Counted from the stretch's first letter, positions 46,541 to 55,778 are shown. The stretch is DNA of 64,000 nt from an uncultured Clostridia bacterium (GCA_947629005.1 CANRCD010000002.1:240488-304487); one strand, 5' to 3'. Numbers and translations: made by a program. The notes: generated from the letters alone by a model not told the origin.

Positions 46541-46812
46541 TCCCTAAACAAAAAATTCGGGATTTGCCTATTGACAATCCCGAACCGTTGCGTATAATAA
46601 TCATAGGGAATGGGTGAGCCGCAAATCGGTTTTCTGACTTCGACTGTTATAAAAATAACTGCCGCTTTTGGATCGGGGGCAGTTATTTTTTTTCGATTTC
46701 ATAAGGACTGCCAATGTTATCATATACAATAAAATCGGCATAATATCCTGCATACGCGCCACGTATTAACTATAACAAATTTGCCAAAGCTTGTCAATGT
46801 ATTTTCCCGCGC
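46541..46812. repeat. Duplicated intergenic module, copy B (paralog of 1042-1250). It carries an extra 35-nt hairpin insertion that supplies a TTGACA box.
   Basis: It aligns by eye to copy A. B has TCCCTAAAC[AAAAAATTCGGGATTTGCCTATTGACAATCCCGAA]CCGTTGCGTATAAT, against A with TCCTAAAC[]CGTGGCATATAAAT. Confidence 0.7.
46605..46762. ncRNA. Candidate small RNA locus (either strand) sharing a bidirectional terminator at 46654-46698
   Basis: The + strand has TTGACA-N16-TATAAT (46571-46598) giving a roughly 90-nt RNA ending at hairpin AATAACTGCC/GGCAGTTATT plus T8. The - strand has TTGACA-N17-TATAGT (46769-46797) giving a roughly 115-nt RNA with the conserved segment AACAUUGGCAGUCCUUAUGAAAUCG and the same hairpin. 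Confidence 0.35.
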
Positions 46813-46853
46813 AGCCCGATTTCCGCCTTTTTTCAAAAATGCAAATTTTACCC

Positions 46854-46882
46854 TTGCATTTAGGCTGTTTCTGTGGTATAAT
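46854..46882 (+). promoter_or_regulatory. Promoter TTGCAT-N17-TATAAT with extended -10 TGg for tyrS
   Basis: Read directly. The leader is about 55 nt, with no T-box. Confidence 0.6.
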
Positions 46883-46940
46883 TAAAAAACCGTGTGGCTT
46901 TACAAACCGGCGCGGAATACTGACGAAAGGATTGTTTGAG

Positions 46941-48167
46941 ATGGAAAACGTTTTTGACGTTCTCAAGGAACGCGGCCTTATTGCGCAGACAACTCATGAG
47001 GAAGAAATTCGCGAGCTGCTGGGAAAGGAGAAAATTTCCTTTTATATAGGCTTCGATCCAACGGCGGACAGTCTGCACGTCGGTCATTTCCTGCAAATGG
47101 TGGTGATGCGCTATATGCAGAACCACGGCCACAGGCCCATTGCCCTTGTGGGCGGCGGCACAGGTCACATCGGCGACCCCTCAGGCCGCACAGATATGCG
47201 CCAGATGATGACGACCGAAACGATTAACCACAACTGCGAATGTTTTAAAAAACAGCTCAGCTCCGTTGTGGATTTCTCGGACGGCAAGGCCATAATGGTG
47301 AATAACGCCGACTGGCTCTTAAAGCTCAACTACGTCGATTTTATCCGCGACATCGGCTCGTGCTTTTCCGTGAACCAGATGCTCACGGCGGAATGCTTTA
47401 AGCAGAGGCTTGAAAAGGGCCTGAGCTTCCTTGAGTTTAACTATATGCTCATGCAGAGCTATGACTTTCTTATGCTGGCCCGTAATTACGACTGTAAAAT
47501 GCAGCTCGGCGGCGACGACCAGTGGAGCAACATCCTTGGCGGCATAGACCTCAACCGCCGCAAGGACCGCCGACAGGTTTACGGTATGACGTTTACGCTG
47601 CTCACCAACAGCGAGGGCAAAAAAATGGGCAAAACCGCAAAAGGCGCCGTTTGGCTTGATCCCGCGAAAACCTCGCCTTACGAGTTTTATCAGTACTGGC
47701 GCAACGTGGATGACGCGGATGTGGTTAAGTGCATGAAGCTTTTGACCTTTGTTCCGATGGATGAGATACGCGAGTACGAAAAGCTTGAGGGCAGCGCGCT
47801 CAACGAGGTAAAGGCCCGTCTGGCATACGAGGTAACGGCCCTTGTTCACGGCGAGGATGAGGCCCAAAAGGCCGACGCCGCCGCGAAGTCGGTGTTCGGA
47901 GGGGCTGGCAGCGACGCGAATATGCCCACGGCCGAGATCCCCGCGGCCGAGTTAGGCGAGGGTATGCCCGTACTTGACCTTTTGAGCCGCGTCGGCTTTA
48001 TTCCCTCGAAGGGCGAAGGCCGCAGGCTCATTCAGCAAAACGGCCTATCCCTTAATGACGAAAAGGTGACCGATATCGGCCTTTCTGTCACGGAGGACTT
48101 CTTCAAAAACGGCGGTCTGATTGCGAAAAAGGGCAAAAAGTCCTTCCTAAAAATCGTGCTTAAATAG
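46941..48167 (+). CDS. tyrS: Tyrosine--tRNA ligase
   Basis: It shows class I HIGH (LHVGHF), KMSKS-like KMGKT and a C-terminal S4 domain. The ORF-track start at 46791 runs through the promoter. Confidence 0.93.
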   Translation: MENVFDVLKERGLIAQTTHEEEIRELLGKEKISFYIGFDPTADSLHVGHFLQMVVMRYMQNHGHRPIALVGGGTGHIGDPSGRTDMRQMMTTETINHNCECFKKQLSSVVDFSDGKAIMVNNADWLLKLNYVDFIRDIGSCFSVNQMLTAECFKQRLEKGLSFLEFNYMLMQSYDFLMLARNYDCKMQLGGDDQWSNILGGIDLNRRKDRRQVYGMTFTLLTNSEGKKMGKTAKGAVWLDPAKTSPYEFYQYWRNVDDADVVKCMKLLTFVPMDEIREYEKLEGSALNEVKARLAYEVTALVHGEDEAQKADAAAKSVFGGAGSDANMPTAEIPAAELGEGMPVLDLLSRVGFIPSKGEGRRLIQQNGLSLNDEKVTDIGLSVTEDFFKNGGLIAKKGKKSFLKIVLK

Positions 48168-48176
48168 GGTGATATT

Positions 48177-48752
48177 TTGGGTATCGCTGAAATATTCCTC
48201 ACGGCGCTTTCCCTCGCTATGGACGCTTTCGCCGTGTCGGTGACAAACGGCGCCGCCGTGGCGGACTTCAAGAAGCGTTACGCCGTGAAAATGGGCCTGT
48301 ACTTTGGCGTGTTTCAGTTCGTCATGCCCCTTGTGGGCTATGCGCTGGGCAGCAGCTTCCGCAGGTATATCGAGGCCTTTGACCACTGGATAGCCTTTGG
48401 TCTTTTGGCGCTTATCGGCGGCAATATGATACGCGAGGCCTTGGCGGGAAGCGATGAGGCCGGCGGCCAAAAGACAGCCGCCGAGGCCCTGAACGCCCGT
48501 ATGTTGGCCGTTCAGGCCGTGGCTACCAGCATTGACGCGCTGGCAGTCGGTATCAGCTTTTCGCTGCTGCCGGGCGTTAATATGTGGCTGTCCTGCTCTA
48601 TCATCGGCATTGTGGCCTTCGTTTTGAGCTTTGCGGGCGGCATAATGGGCCGCGGTATAGGCGGCTTTCTGAAGGATAAGGCCGAGCTTGCCGGCGGAGT
48701 AGCGCTCGTCGGCATTGGGCTGAAAATTTTAATTGAACACCTGTTTTTCTAA
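48177..48752 (+). CDS. mntP: Manganese efflux pump MntP
   Basis: It shows LSLAMDAFAVS and a second SIDALAVGISF half. It has a TTG start after RBS AGGGTGA. Confidence 0.85.
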   Translation: MGIAEIFLTALSLAMDAFAVSVTNGAAVADFKKRYAVKMGLYFGVFQFVMPLVGYALGSSFRRYIEAFDHWIAFGLLALIGGNMIREALAGSDEAGGQKTAAEALNARMLAVQAVATSIDALAVGISFSLLPGVNMWLSCSIIGIVAFVLSFAGGIMGRGIGGFLKDKAELAGGVALVGIGLKILIEHLFF

Positions 48753-48759
48753 CTGAATA

Positions 48760-48799
48760 GGACAGTTCGTGACCATCCTGTCCCTAAACAAAACTACGG
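48760..48799 (+). promoter_or_regulatory. preQ1-I riboswitch aptamer
   Basis: It reads GGACAG-UUCGUGACCAUC-CUGUCC-CUAAACAAAACUACGG, with a P1 hairpin, an A-rich tail, and 3' ACGG able to pair with loop UCGU (P2). It lies upstream of queT, a typical preQ1-regulated gene. Confidence 0.8.
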
Positions 48800-48826
48800 A
48801 TTAATTTGGGCGTGTTTCGTGCGCGC

Positions 48827-48856
48827 AAAAAAGGGAGCCGTGGGCTCCCTTTTTTG
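48827..48856 (+). terminator. Riboswitch expression-platform terminator GGGAGCC-GTG-GGCTCCC plus T6
   Basis: Read directly between the aptamer and the queT RBS. Confidence 0.7.
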
Positions 48857-48909
48857 CGGCGCGGGCATGGATACGAGCGGGCTGACTAAAATACATAGGA
48901 GGATTACAA

Positions 48910-49398
48910 ATGCAAAAGAAAATTTCAACAAGGGCGTTGGCTCAGGGAGCCATGATCGCGGCAATTTACGTGGTGCTGACAAAGCTGTTCGAGCCGATTT
49001 CATTCGGCAAGACGAACGCCGTCCAGTGCCGCGTCAGCGAGCTGCTGACGATTTTGCCGGCCTTTACTCCGGCGGCGATACCCGGCCTGTTCGTTGGCTG
49101 CTTCGTTGGGAATCTCCTCAGCGCGGCTGCCGCGGTGGACGTTATCCTCGGCTCGCTGACAACGCTTCTCGCGGCCATTGGCACTTATCTGCTTCGAGGG
49201 AAGCACGCGCTGGCTGTGCTCCCCCCAATACTGCTCAACGGACTTATCGTGGGCGGATACCTGCCGGCGGTTTACGGTATGCCGGTGCCGGTTTGGCTGT
49301 CAATGCTGCTCACAGCCGCGGGGCAGGTCATCTCCTGCGGTATAGGCGGCTTGCTGCTTGGCTGCGTGCTTGACAGAACCAAAATATTTAAGCGGTAA
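48910..49398 (+). CDS. queT: QueT family queuosine-precursor transporter (ECF S-component-like)
   Basis: It shows MQKKISTRALAQGAMIAAIYVVLT...R.SE.L..LP, is a 162-aa membrane protein, and has RBS AGGAGG. Confidence 0.8.
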   Translation: MQKKISTRALAQGAMIAAIYVVLTKLFEPISFGKTNAVQCRVSELLTILPAFTPAAIPGLFVGCFVGNLLSAAAAVDVILGSLTTLLAAIGTYLLRGKHALAVLPPILLNGLIVGGYLPAVYGMPVPVWLSMLLTAAGQVISCGIGGLLLGCVLDRTKIFKR

Positions 49399-49495
49399 AA
49401 AATCCCCGTTCGGGGCTTAGCGTATCTATAAAATCGTTTTTCGGCAAGTATAATGAAAGACAATATTTGCCGAGTAGTTTTGTGAATTATATCGG

Positions 49496-49532
49496 GGCAG
49501 GACGGGCTTATGACAGTCCGCCCTGCCTTTTT
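49496..49532 (+). terminator. Intrinsic terminator GGCAGGACGG...CCGCCCTGCC plus T5, probably ending the queT transcript
   Basis: The stem of 6+3 bp has one mismatch and a T-run, about 100 nt after the queT stop. Confidence 0.55.
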
Positions 49533-49602
49533 GCATAGCCGCAGTTTGGCCCCGTCGGAGCTGTCAATTTATTTGGCGTGGAGGAATTATTTGCGCATGG
49601 GG

Positions 49603-49631
49603 TTGTATTTTGTCGGAAGAAGTGATATAAT
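49603..49631 (+). promoter_or_regulatory. Promoter TTGTAT-N17-TATAAT (extended TGa) for feoAB
   Basis: Read directly. Confidence 0.55.
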
Positions 49632-49674
49632 CTTAACAGAGAATACTAATTGACATACACAGGAGCTGACAATT

Positions 49675-52029
49675 ATGACCTTAAAGGAGCTTGGAACCGG
49701 CGAAACCGGCGTTATTACGCGGGTGGGCGGCGAGGGCGCACTTCGCCAGCACTTCCTTGACATGGGAGTGATACCGGGGGCGGAGGTTACCGTGATAAAA
49801 TACGCCCCAATGGGAGATCCGGTAGAGCTGCGCATACACGGATACGAGCTGACGCTTCGCCTTGCCGACGCCGAGAAAATACAGGTAAAGGAGACAGGCA
49901 GACGTCAGGTGCTTGCTCGGCGCGATGCCGTGCGCCCCGCTGAGCACGACCACCCCGGCCTCGGCGAGGGAGGCCGCTACCACGAGAAAAAGGGCGAGAC
50001 CCCCCTGCCCGAGGGCCGAAGGCTTACCTTCGCGCTGGCGGGCAACCAGAACTGCGGCAAAACCACGCTTTTTAATCAACTCACCGGCGCAAATCAGCAC
50101 GTGGGCAACTTCCCGGGCGTGACGGTGGATAGAAAGAGCGGCTCCATAAAGGGCCACCCCGAGGCCGAGGTCACGGACCTGCCCGGCATATACTCGCTTT
50201 CGCCCTACAGCAGCGAGGAGATTGTCTCGCGCAGATTCATTCTCGAGGAAAAGCCCACCGGCATAATAAACATAGCCGACGCCACGAACATAGAGCGGAA
50301 TTTGTACTTAACGATGCAGCTCATGGAGCTTGACGTGCCCATGGTGCTGGCTCTTAACATGATGGACGAGATGCGCGGCAACGGCGGCAGCGTGCGTATC
50401 AACGAGATGGAGGAAATGCTCGGCATACCCGTTGTTCCCATATCCGCCGCCAAGAACGAGGGCATAGACGAGCTTGTGAGCCACGCGCTGCACGTGGCGA
50501 AATATCAGGAGCGGCCCCGCCGCACGGACTTCTGCGGCAAGGACGAGTACGGCGGAGCGGTGCACAGGTGCCTGCACGGCATAATGCACCTGATTGAGGA
50601 TCACGCCGCGGCTGCGGGCCTTCCGCTGCGCTTTGCCGCCGCAAAGCTTGTGGAAGGCGACGCGATGGTACTTGAGGCCTTGCGCCTTTCGCAGAACGAA
50701 AAGGAAATGATAGAGCATATTATATGCCAGATGGAGGAGGAGCGCGGCCTCGACCGCGCCGCAGCCATTGCAGATATGCGCTTTTCGTTCATACAAAGGC
50801 TCTGCGCCGAGACCGTCACTCACCCCGGCGAAAGCCGCGAGCATCTGCGCAGCCGCCGGATAGACGCGGTTTTAACCGGCAAATACACGGCTTTTCCGGC
50901 GTTTATCGCTATAATGGCGCTGGTGTTCTGGCTCACCTTCAATGTGATAGGCGCGCGCCTTCAGGAGCTTCTCGAGGCCGGCTTTTCCCGCCTGACCGAC
51001 GCCGCCTCGGCCGGCCTCGCGGCGGCCGGCGTCAGTCCGGTGCTTCGCTCGCTCGTGACGGACGGAATTTTGGGCGGAGTTGGCGGAGTGCTGAGCTTTG
51101 TGCCGATAATTGTGACGCTGTTCTTCTTCCTTTCGCTTCTTGAGGATAGCGGCTACATGGCCCGCGTGGCTTTCGTCATGGATAAGCTGCTCAGAAAAAT
51201 AGGTCTTTCGGGCCGCAGCATAGTGCCTATGCTCATCGGCTTCGGCTGTACCGCACCGGGGGTCATGGCCAGCCGCACCCTGCCATCGAACCGCGACAGA
51301 AAGATGACGATACTTCTCACACCCTTCATGAGCTGCACGGCGAAGCTGCCGATTTACGGATTCTTTACGGCCGCCTTTTTCCCCGGTCACGGGGCGCTTA
51401 TCATGGTCGCGCTGTACTTCACGGGCATTGCCGTGGCGATTCTCGTGGCGTTGGTATCGAAAAACACCGCCTTCAAGGGCGAGGCCGTTCCCTTCGTGAT
51501 GGAACTGCCGAACTACCGTCTGCCGGGGGCCGCCAACGTAGCGCGTCTGCTTTGGGACAAAGCCCGCGACTTCCTTGAAAGGGCCTTTACGGTGATTTTC
51601 CTCGCCACGGTGGTCGTGTGGTTTTTGCAGACCTTCGACTTTGGGCTTAACGTGGTCGAAAACTCCCGCAGCAGCATACTTGCCGTCATCGCGGGCTTTG
51701 TCGCCCCGATTTTCGCCCCGCTGGGCTTTGGCGACTGGCGCGTTTCGACCGCCCTTGTTACGGGCTTTATCGCCAAGGAAAGCGTCGTTTCCACGCTGAC
51801 GGTGCTGTTTGGCGCGGGCTCGGAACTGACCTCGGTTTTAAACCCCGCCTCGGCGTTGGCGCTGTTGGTGTTCTGCCTGCTCTACACCCCCTGCGTGGCC
51901 GCCATAGCCGTCATCAGGCGCGAGCTGGGCTCGAAATGGGCCGGCGGAGTTGTGGTCGGTCAGTGCGCTCTGGCGTGGGCCTGCGCATTCGCGGTGCGGC
52001 TCGTGGCGGGGGCCCTTATGGGGGCTTGA
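49675..52029 (+). CDS. feoB: Ferrous iron transporter, FeoA-FeoB fusion
   Basis: It has an N-terminal FeoA domain (GETGVITRV....LRQHFLDMGV.PG..V.V), the FeoB G-domain GNQNCGKTTLFN and DLPG.YSL, and a C-terminal permease. Confidence 0.92.
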   Translation: MTLKELGTGETGVITRVGGEGALRQHFLDMGVIPGAEVTVIKYAPMGDPVELRIHGYELTLRLADAEKIQVKETGRRQVLARRDAVRPAEHDHPGLGEGGRYHEKKGETPLPEGRRLTFALAGNQNCGKTTLFNQLTGANQHVGNFPGVTVDRKSGSIKGHPEAEVTDLPGIYSLSPYSSEEIVSRRFILEEKPTGIINIADATNIERNLYLTMQLMELDVPMVLALNMMDEMRGNGGSVRINEMEEMLGIPVVPISAAKNEGIDELVSHALHVAKYQERPRRTDFCGKDEYGGAVHRCLHGIMHLIEDHAAAAGLPLRFAAAKLVEGDAMVLEALRLSQNEKEMIEHIICQMEEERGLDRAAAIADMRFSFIQRLCAETVTHPGESREHLRSRRIDAVLTGKYTAFPAFIAIMALVFWLTFNVIGARLQELLEAGFSRLTDAASAGLAAAGVSPVLRSLVTDGILGGVGGVLSFVPIIVTLFFFLSLLEDSGYMARVAFVMDKLLRKIGLSGRSIVPMLIGFGCTAPGVMASRTLPSNRDRKMTILLTPFMSCTAKLPIYGFFTAAFFPGHGALIMVALYFTGIAVAILVALVSKNTAFKGEAVPFVMELPNYRLPGAANVARLLWDKARDFLERAFTVIFLATVVVWFLQTFDFGLNVVENSRSSILAVIAGFVAPIFAPLGFGDWRVSTALVTGFIAKESVVSTLTVLFGAGSELTSVLNPASALALLVFCLLYTPCVAAIAVIRRELGSKWAGGVVVGQCALAWACAFAVRLVAGALMGA

Positions 52030-52054
52030 CATTTGCCGTCCGACGATGTATAAT
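52026..52054 (+). promoter_or_regulatory. Promoter TTGACA-N17-TATAAT overlapping the feoB stop
   Basis: Read directly. Confidence 0.6.
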
Positions 52055-52087
52055 AAAATCGAAAAATGACGGAAAGGGGCGAACCGA

Positions 52088-52687
52088 ATGAAAAAACTCA
52101 CAAAGCTTGCGGTCGTCGTCGCGCTGTTGGCCGCTTCCGCGGCTGCGGGGGTTCTGCTTTGTTACAGGCTTATGCCTCGCGGAGAAAGCGTCGAGGCGGT
52201 TTCCGTCAGCCTCGGCGGCGCGATAAACGGCATAGGCGAGCTCGCCACAGCCGAATACGGCTATACAATGGCGCAGACGGCCAATAAGCCCCACCGCGAG
52301 ATTATGGGCTTCAAAATACCGCTGACCTCCAGCAAGGTGGTCTACAGCTACGATGGGCTGATTAAGGCGGGTATAGACTTTGCCGAAATTTCCGTCAGCG
52401 CGGACGAAGACGCGAAAACCGTCACCGTTTCTCTGCCCGAGCCAAGGATACTCAGCTCCGAGGTGGACGGCGACAGCCTTGTGGTGTTCGACGAGCAGAA
52501 CAGCCCCTTCAACGCCATCACCTTTGAGGATATGAACCTCAGCGTCGGCGAGCTTAAGAGCGCCGCCGAAAAGGACGCCGTCGAGGGCGGCCTGCTAGAC
52601 CGCGCCGCCGCTAACGCCGAAAAGCTTTTGCGCACCACGGTCAGCGGATTTTTTGACCTCGAAGAGTATACGTTGGAGTTTAAGTAA
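52088..52687 (+). CDS. DUF4230 domain protein (N-terminal membrane anchor)
   Basis: It has an N-terminal TM, then ELATAEYGYT...VVYSYDGLIKAGIDF, which is typical of DUF4230. Confidence 0.65.
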   Translation: MKKLTKLAVVVALLAASAAAGVLLCYRLMPRGESVEAVSVSLGGAINGIGELATAEYGYTMAQTANKPHREIMGFKIPLTSSKVVYSYDGLIKAGIDFAEISVSADEDAKTVTVSLPEPRILSSEVDGDSLVVFDEQNSPFNAITFEDMNLSVGELKSAAEKDAVEGGLLDRAAANAEKLLRTTVSGFFDLEEYTLEFK

Positions 52688-52696
52688 ATAAGCCGC

Positions 52697-52747
52697 AAAA
52701 AAACCGACGCAAATCCCCGCAAAATGGGGGATTTGCGCCGGTTTTTG
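52697..52747. terminator. Bidirectional terminator (GCAAATCCCC/GGGGATTTGC stem flanked by A- and T-runs)
   Basis: Read directly. Confidence 0.7.
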
Positions 52748-52840
52748 CCTGCGGCCTTTATTCGGCCCCGACGGCGGCGCGCCGAGGTCGTCGCGCCCTA
52801 CGGTTGGCGCGGCGGCCTTCGGCGTACTTATGCGGTTTTT

Positions 52841-53413
52841 CTACTTTTTCATCAGGCCAGCGCCGGCGTTCCACGCCTTGCCGACCTTTTCGCCCGTAAC
52901 GTAATAACCGGAGCGGAACTGGTCGAAAATCAGCGCGTCCAGCTTTTCGGGGTTCACCTTGCCGTTTTCGTCAAGCGCGGCCTCGTCCGCGCCGGTGTTG
53001 ACGATTTTGCCGACAATGGCGTACATACTGTCGGTGTTAATTACCTCCGCGAGCTCGCACTCCATAACTACGGGAAACTCGTCGATGACGGGGGCGTTCA
53101 CAAAGGCGCTCTTTTCGGCGTGGCAGCCCGAACGGCTGAACTTGTCGGGCATTTTGTTGCCGGTCGCTATTCCGAAGAAATCAGCGGCTTCAATATGGGC
53201 TTTGTCAGCGATACTCACGGTGAAAGCCTTGGTTTTGAGGATGTTCTGCGTGGTCTTATGCTCCTCGTCGATAAAGAGGGCGATTTTGTCCATCGCGCAA
53301 ATCATGCCCCAAGCGGCGTTCATCACGTTGACTGTCCCGTTTTCGTCGTAGGCGGCCACCATAAGCACGGGCATGGGGTAGACCGCCGGTACGGCTCCAA
53401 GATTTTTCTTCAT
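52841..53413 (-). CDS. Flavin reductase-like FMN-binding protein
   Basis: It has the Flavin_Reduct pattern (PMPVLMVAAYDENG..NVM.AAW). An RBS GGGAGGAAAGG precedes the ATG at 53413. Confidence 0.7.
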   Translation of the reverse strand: MKKNLGAVPAVYPMPVLMVAAYDENGTVNVMNAAWGMICAMDKIALFIDEEHKTTQNILKTKAFTVSIADKAHIEAADFFGIATGNKMPDKFSRSGCHAEKSAFVNAPVIDEFPVVMECELAEVINTDSMYAIVGKIVNTGADEAALDENGKVNPEKLDALIFDQFRSGYYVTGEKVGKAWNAGAGLMKK

Positions 53414-53550
53414 AATTATACAGCCTTTCCTCCCGCAAAATTTACCACGCGCCGACGCGGGCTTCGGCGTGGGAGAGCTTATCTCACATTCCATTATACG
53501 CCTTTTTTGCAAAAATACAAGGGGCGCGGCAAAATTTTCCTCGCGGCCGG

Positions 53551-54723
53551 TCACCGCTCGCCGTTCATATACCTCTGCGCTCCGTCAAGCAGCCGCGCAA
53601 GGCCGTCGTTCAACACACTTCGCGGGCAGGCTATGTTCATTCTCAGAAAAGCCGCGCCCGCCGCGCCGTACTGCCCTCCGTACGAAATGTAAAGACCGGC
53701 CTCCCGCCTCAAAAAGGCTTGCAGCTCTTTTGCGTCGGCGCACAGCCCGCCGCAGTCCAGCCACAGCAGGTAGGTCGCCTCCGAGGAAACGAGCCTTATC
53801 TGCGGCAGCCGCTCCTTCAGAAAGTCTGCCACGGCTTTTTTGTTCCCGTAAATGTATTCTCTAAGCTCGTCCAGCCACGCCCCGCCGCGCGTGAAGGCCG
53901 CCACGGCCGCCGGAACGGCAAAGGCGTTCGGCTCCGCCACCTCGTCGGTGTTCAGCCCGCGCCACACCTTGTGACGCAGCGCAGGGTCGGGCACGCAAAC
54001 GGCGGCGGTCTGTATGCCGGCGAGGTTAAAGGCCTTTGTCGGAGCGACGCAGGTCACGCTTATGCTTCGGCACTCCTCGTTCACCGAGGCAAACGGCACG
54101 TAGCTTCTGCACGGGTCGGTCAGGTCGCAGTGTATCTCGTCGGAGATGACCGTAACATTGTGCCTTGCCGCAAGGCTTCCAACGCGGGCCAGCGTGTCCG
54201 CTCCCCAGATTTTCCCAACGGGGTTGTGCGGGTTGCAGAGTATCATAAGCGTGGTCTGCGGGTCGGCGAGCTTCGCCTCCAAATCGTCAAAATCCATCGA
54301 ATACTCGCCGTTCTCGTATTTGAGCGGACTTTCCGACACTTTCCTTCCGTTGTTCAGAATTGAGTTAAAGAAAATATTGTAAACCGGCGTCTGAATAAGT
54401 ACGTTTTCGCCCACGTCCGTCAGCTTGCGCACGACGGAGGAGAGAGCCGGTACAACGCCGGTGCAGAAAATGAGCCAGTCCTTTTCCATGCGGAAGCCGT
54501 GGCGGGTTTTCCACCAGCCGATGATAGCCTTGTGCCATTCGTCGGGAATGACCGAATAGCCGAAAATTCCGTGGTCAAGCCGCTTTTGTAAAGCCTCGGT
54601 TATCTCGGGAGCGATTGGAAAGTCCATGTCCGCAACCCACATGGGCAGTTCGCCCTCCGCAACGTCCCACTTCAGTGAGTCCGTGCCGCGTCGGCTGGTT
54701 ACAGTATCAAAATCGTATTTCAT
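53551..54723 (-). CDS. patB: MalY/PatB family PLP-dependent C-S lyase (cystathionine beta-lyase type)
   Basis: It shows MKYDFDTVTSRRGTDSLKWD and the aminotransferase class I/II layout. It is 390 aa. Confidence 0.8.
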   Translation of the reverse strand: MKYDFDTVTSRRGTDSLKWDVAEGELPMWVADMDFPIAPEITEALQKRLDHGIFGYSVIPDEWHKAIIGWWKTRHGFRMEKDWLIFCTGVVPALSSVVRKLTDVGENVLIQTPVYNIFFNSILNNGRKVSESPLKYENGEYSMDFDDLEAKLADPQTTLMILCNPHNPVGKIWGADTLARVGSLAARHNVTVISDEIHCDLTDPCRSYVPFASVNEECRSISVTCVAPTKAFNLAGIQTAAVCVPDPALRHKVWRGLNTDEVAEPNAFAVPAAVAAFTRGGAWLDELREYIYGNKKAVADFLKERLPQIRLVSSEATYLLWLDCGGLCADAKELQAFLRREAGLYISYGGQYGAAGAAFLRMNIACPRSVLNDGLARLLDGAQRYMNGER

Positions 54724-55580
54724 CAGCAGGCCTCCATACTGTGGTTACGGCAGACAATTACGGTCTTTAAGGGATCCACCTTGTCCTTTTCAATTATCAG
54801 CTCGCCGATACTGTCCGCCGTTATCCTGCCGCCGGAGGGGTTAAGTACACTGTCTATGCCGCCCGAGATGTCAGCTTCCACGGTGGAGTACTCAAAGGCG
54901 AGAGTGGTATTGATGAGCTTGCAGTTTTTCATCACCAGATTATCTATATAGCACAGCCCTTGAAGGCTTTCAACGGTGCAGTTCACAAACGTCAGGTTTT
55001 TGGCGTTCCAGCCAAGGTATTCGCCCGAAATGAACGAGTCGTACACGATGACGTTTTCGCTGTTCCAGAAGGCGTCCTTTGAAATCAGCTTGGAGTTATG
55101 TATCTCCACATTTTTCGCTCCGTCGAAGGGGTAGTTGCCATAAAGAGTGAGTCCGTGGATTTTCATAGTCTCGCAGTTCATGGCGAGGTAATCGCCCTTA
55201 GCCGTCACATTATCGAGCTGTACGTCGCGGCAGCTCCACAGCGTTTCGGCCGCGTTTGGAAAGGATACGTCATTAAGCCGTACCCCCGTGCAGCGGCGAA
55301 AATTCTTTGGCGCTTCTATCTGGCTGTCAGTGACTGTGATGTTGTCGGTATACCACACGCCTGCGCGGGCCGCTTCAAACCATGTGCAGTTTTCGGCGCG
55401 GACGTTTTTGCAGTACCACAGCGGGTACTTCCACTTGAACATACAGCCGGAAAGCTTTATATCACTACATTCCTTAAGGGGTGATTCGCCGTCGGTAAAG
55501 ACAGAGTCCTCTACCGTCAGCGCGCGCTCGCCGAAAAGCGGACGCTCGCCCACGTAATAGCCTTGCCTGATTATTTTCAT
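54723..55580 (-). CDS. DUF3737 family beta-helix protein
   Basis: It shows GERPLF......V.DS.F.DGESPLKE and repeated beta-helix turns. Its stop overlaps the patB start. Confidence 0.6.
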   Translation of the reverse strand: MKIIRQGYYVGERPLFGERALTVEDSVFTDGESPLKECSDIKLSGCMFKWKYPLWYCKNVRAENCTWFEAARAGVWYTDNITVTDSQIEAPKNFRRCTGVRLNDVSFPNAAETLWSCRDVQLDNVTAKGDYLAMNCETMKIHGLTLYGNYPFDGAKNVEIHNSKLISKDAFWNSENVIVYDSFISGEYLGWNAKNLTFVNCTVESLQGLCYIDNLVMKNCKLINTTLAFEYSTVEADISGGIDSVLNPSGGRITADSIGELIIEKDKVDPLKTVIVCRNHSMEAC

Positions 55581-55778
55581 TTTTATGTCGCCTGCCTTAA
55601 ATCTTTTCTAATATATTCTATCACAGTCCGGCTCAAAATGCAAATGGTTTTATTGAATATTCCGTTATTCCGAAACGGAATAATGCCGCTGCCGGCCGTA
55701 AAACGCTGTCTCGGCAACATATTTTATCGGATTGGCTGAAGCTATTGTGGCAAAAACATTACCTTTTTCATTGTACTA

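Noticed and set aside
49581-49640. 18-aa ORF (MGLYFVGRSDIILTENTN) after a GGAGG upstream of feoAB
   Set aside because: It overlaps the -35/-10 boxes of the feoAB promoter, so it would not be in that mRNA. There is no evidence of a transcript or of conservation.
49632-49674. Possible Fur box in the feoAB leader (AGAGAATACTAATTGACATAC)
   Set aside because: The match to the GATAATGATAATCATTATC consensus is poor and there is no clear dyad.
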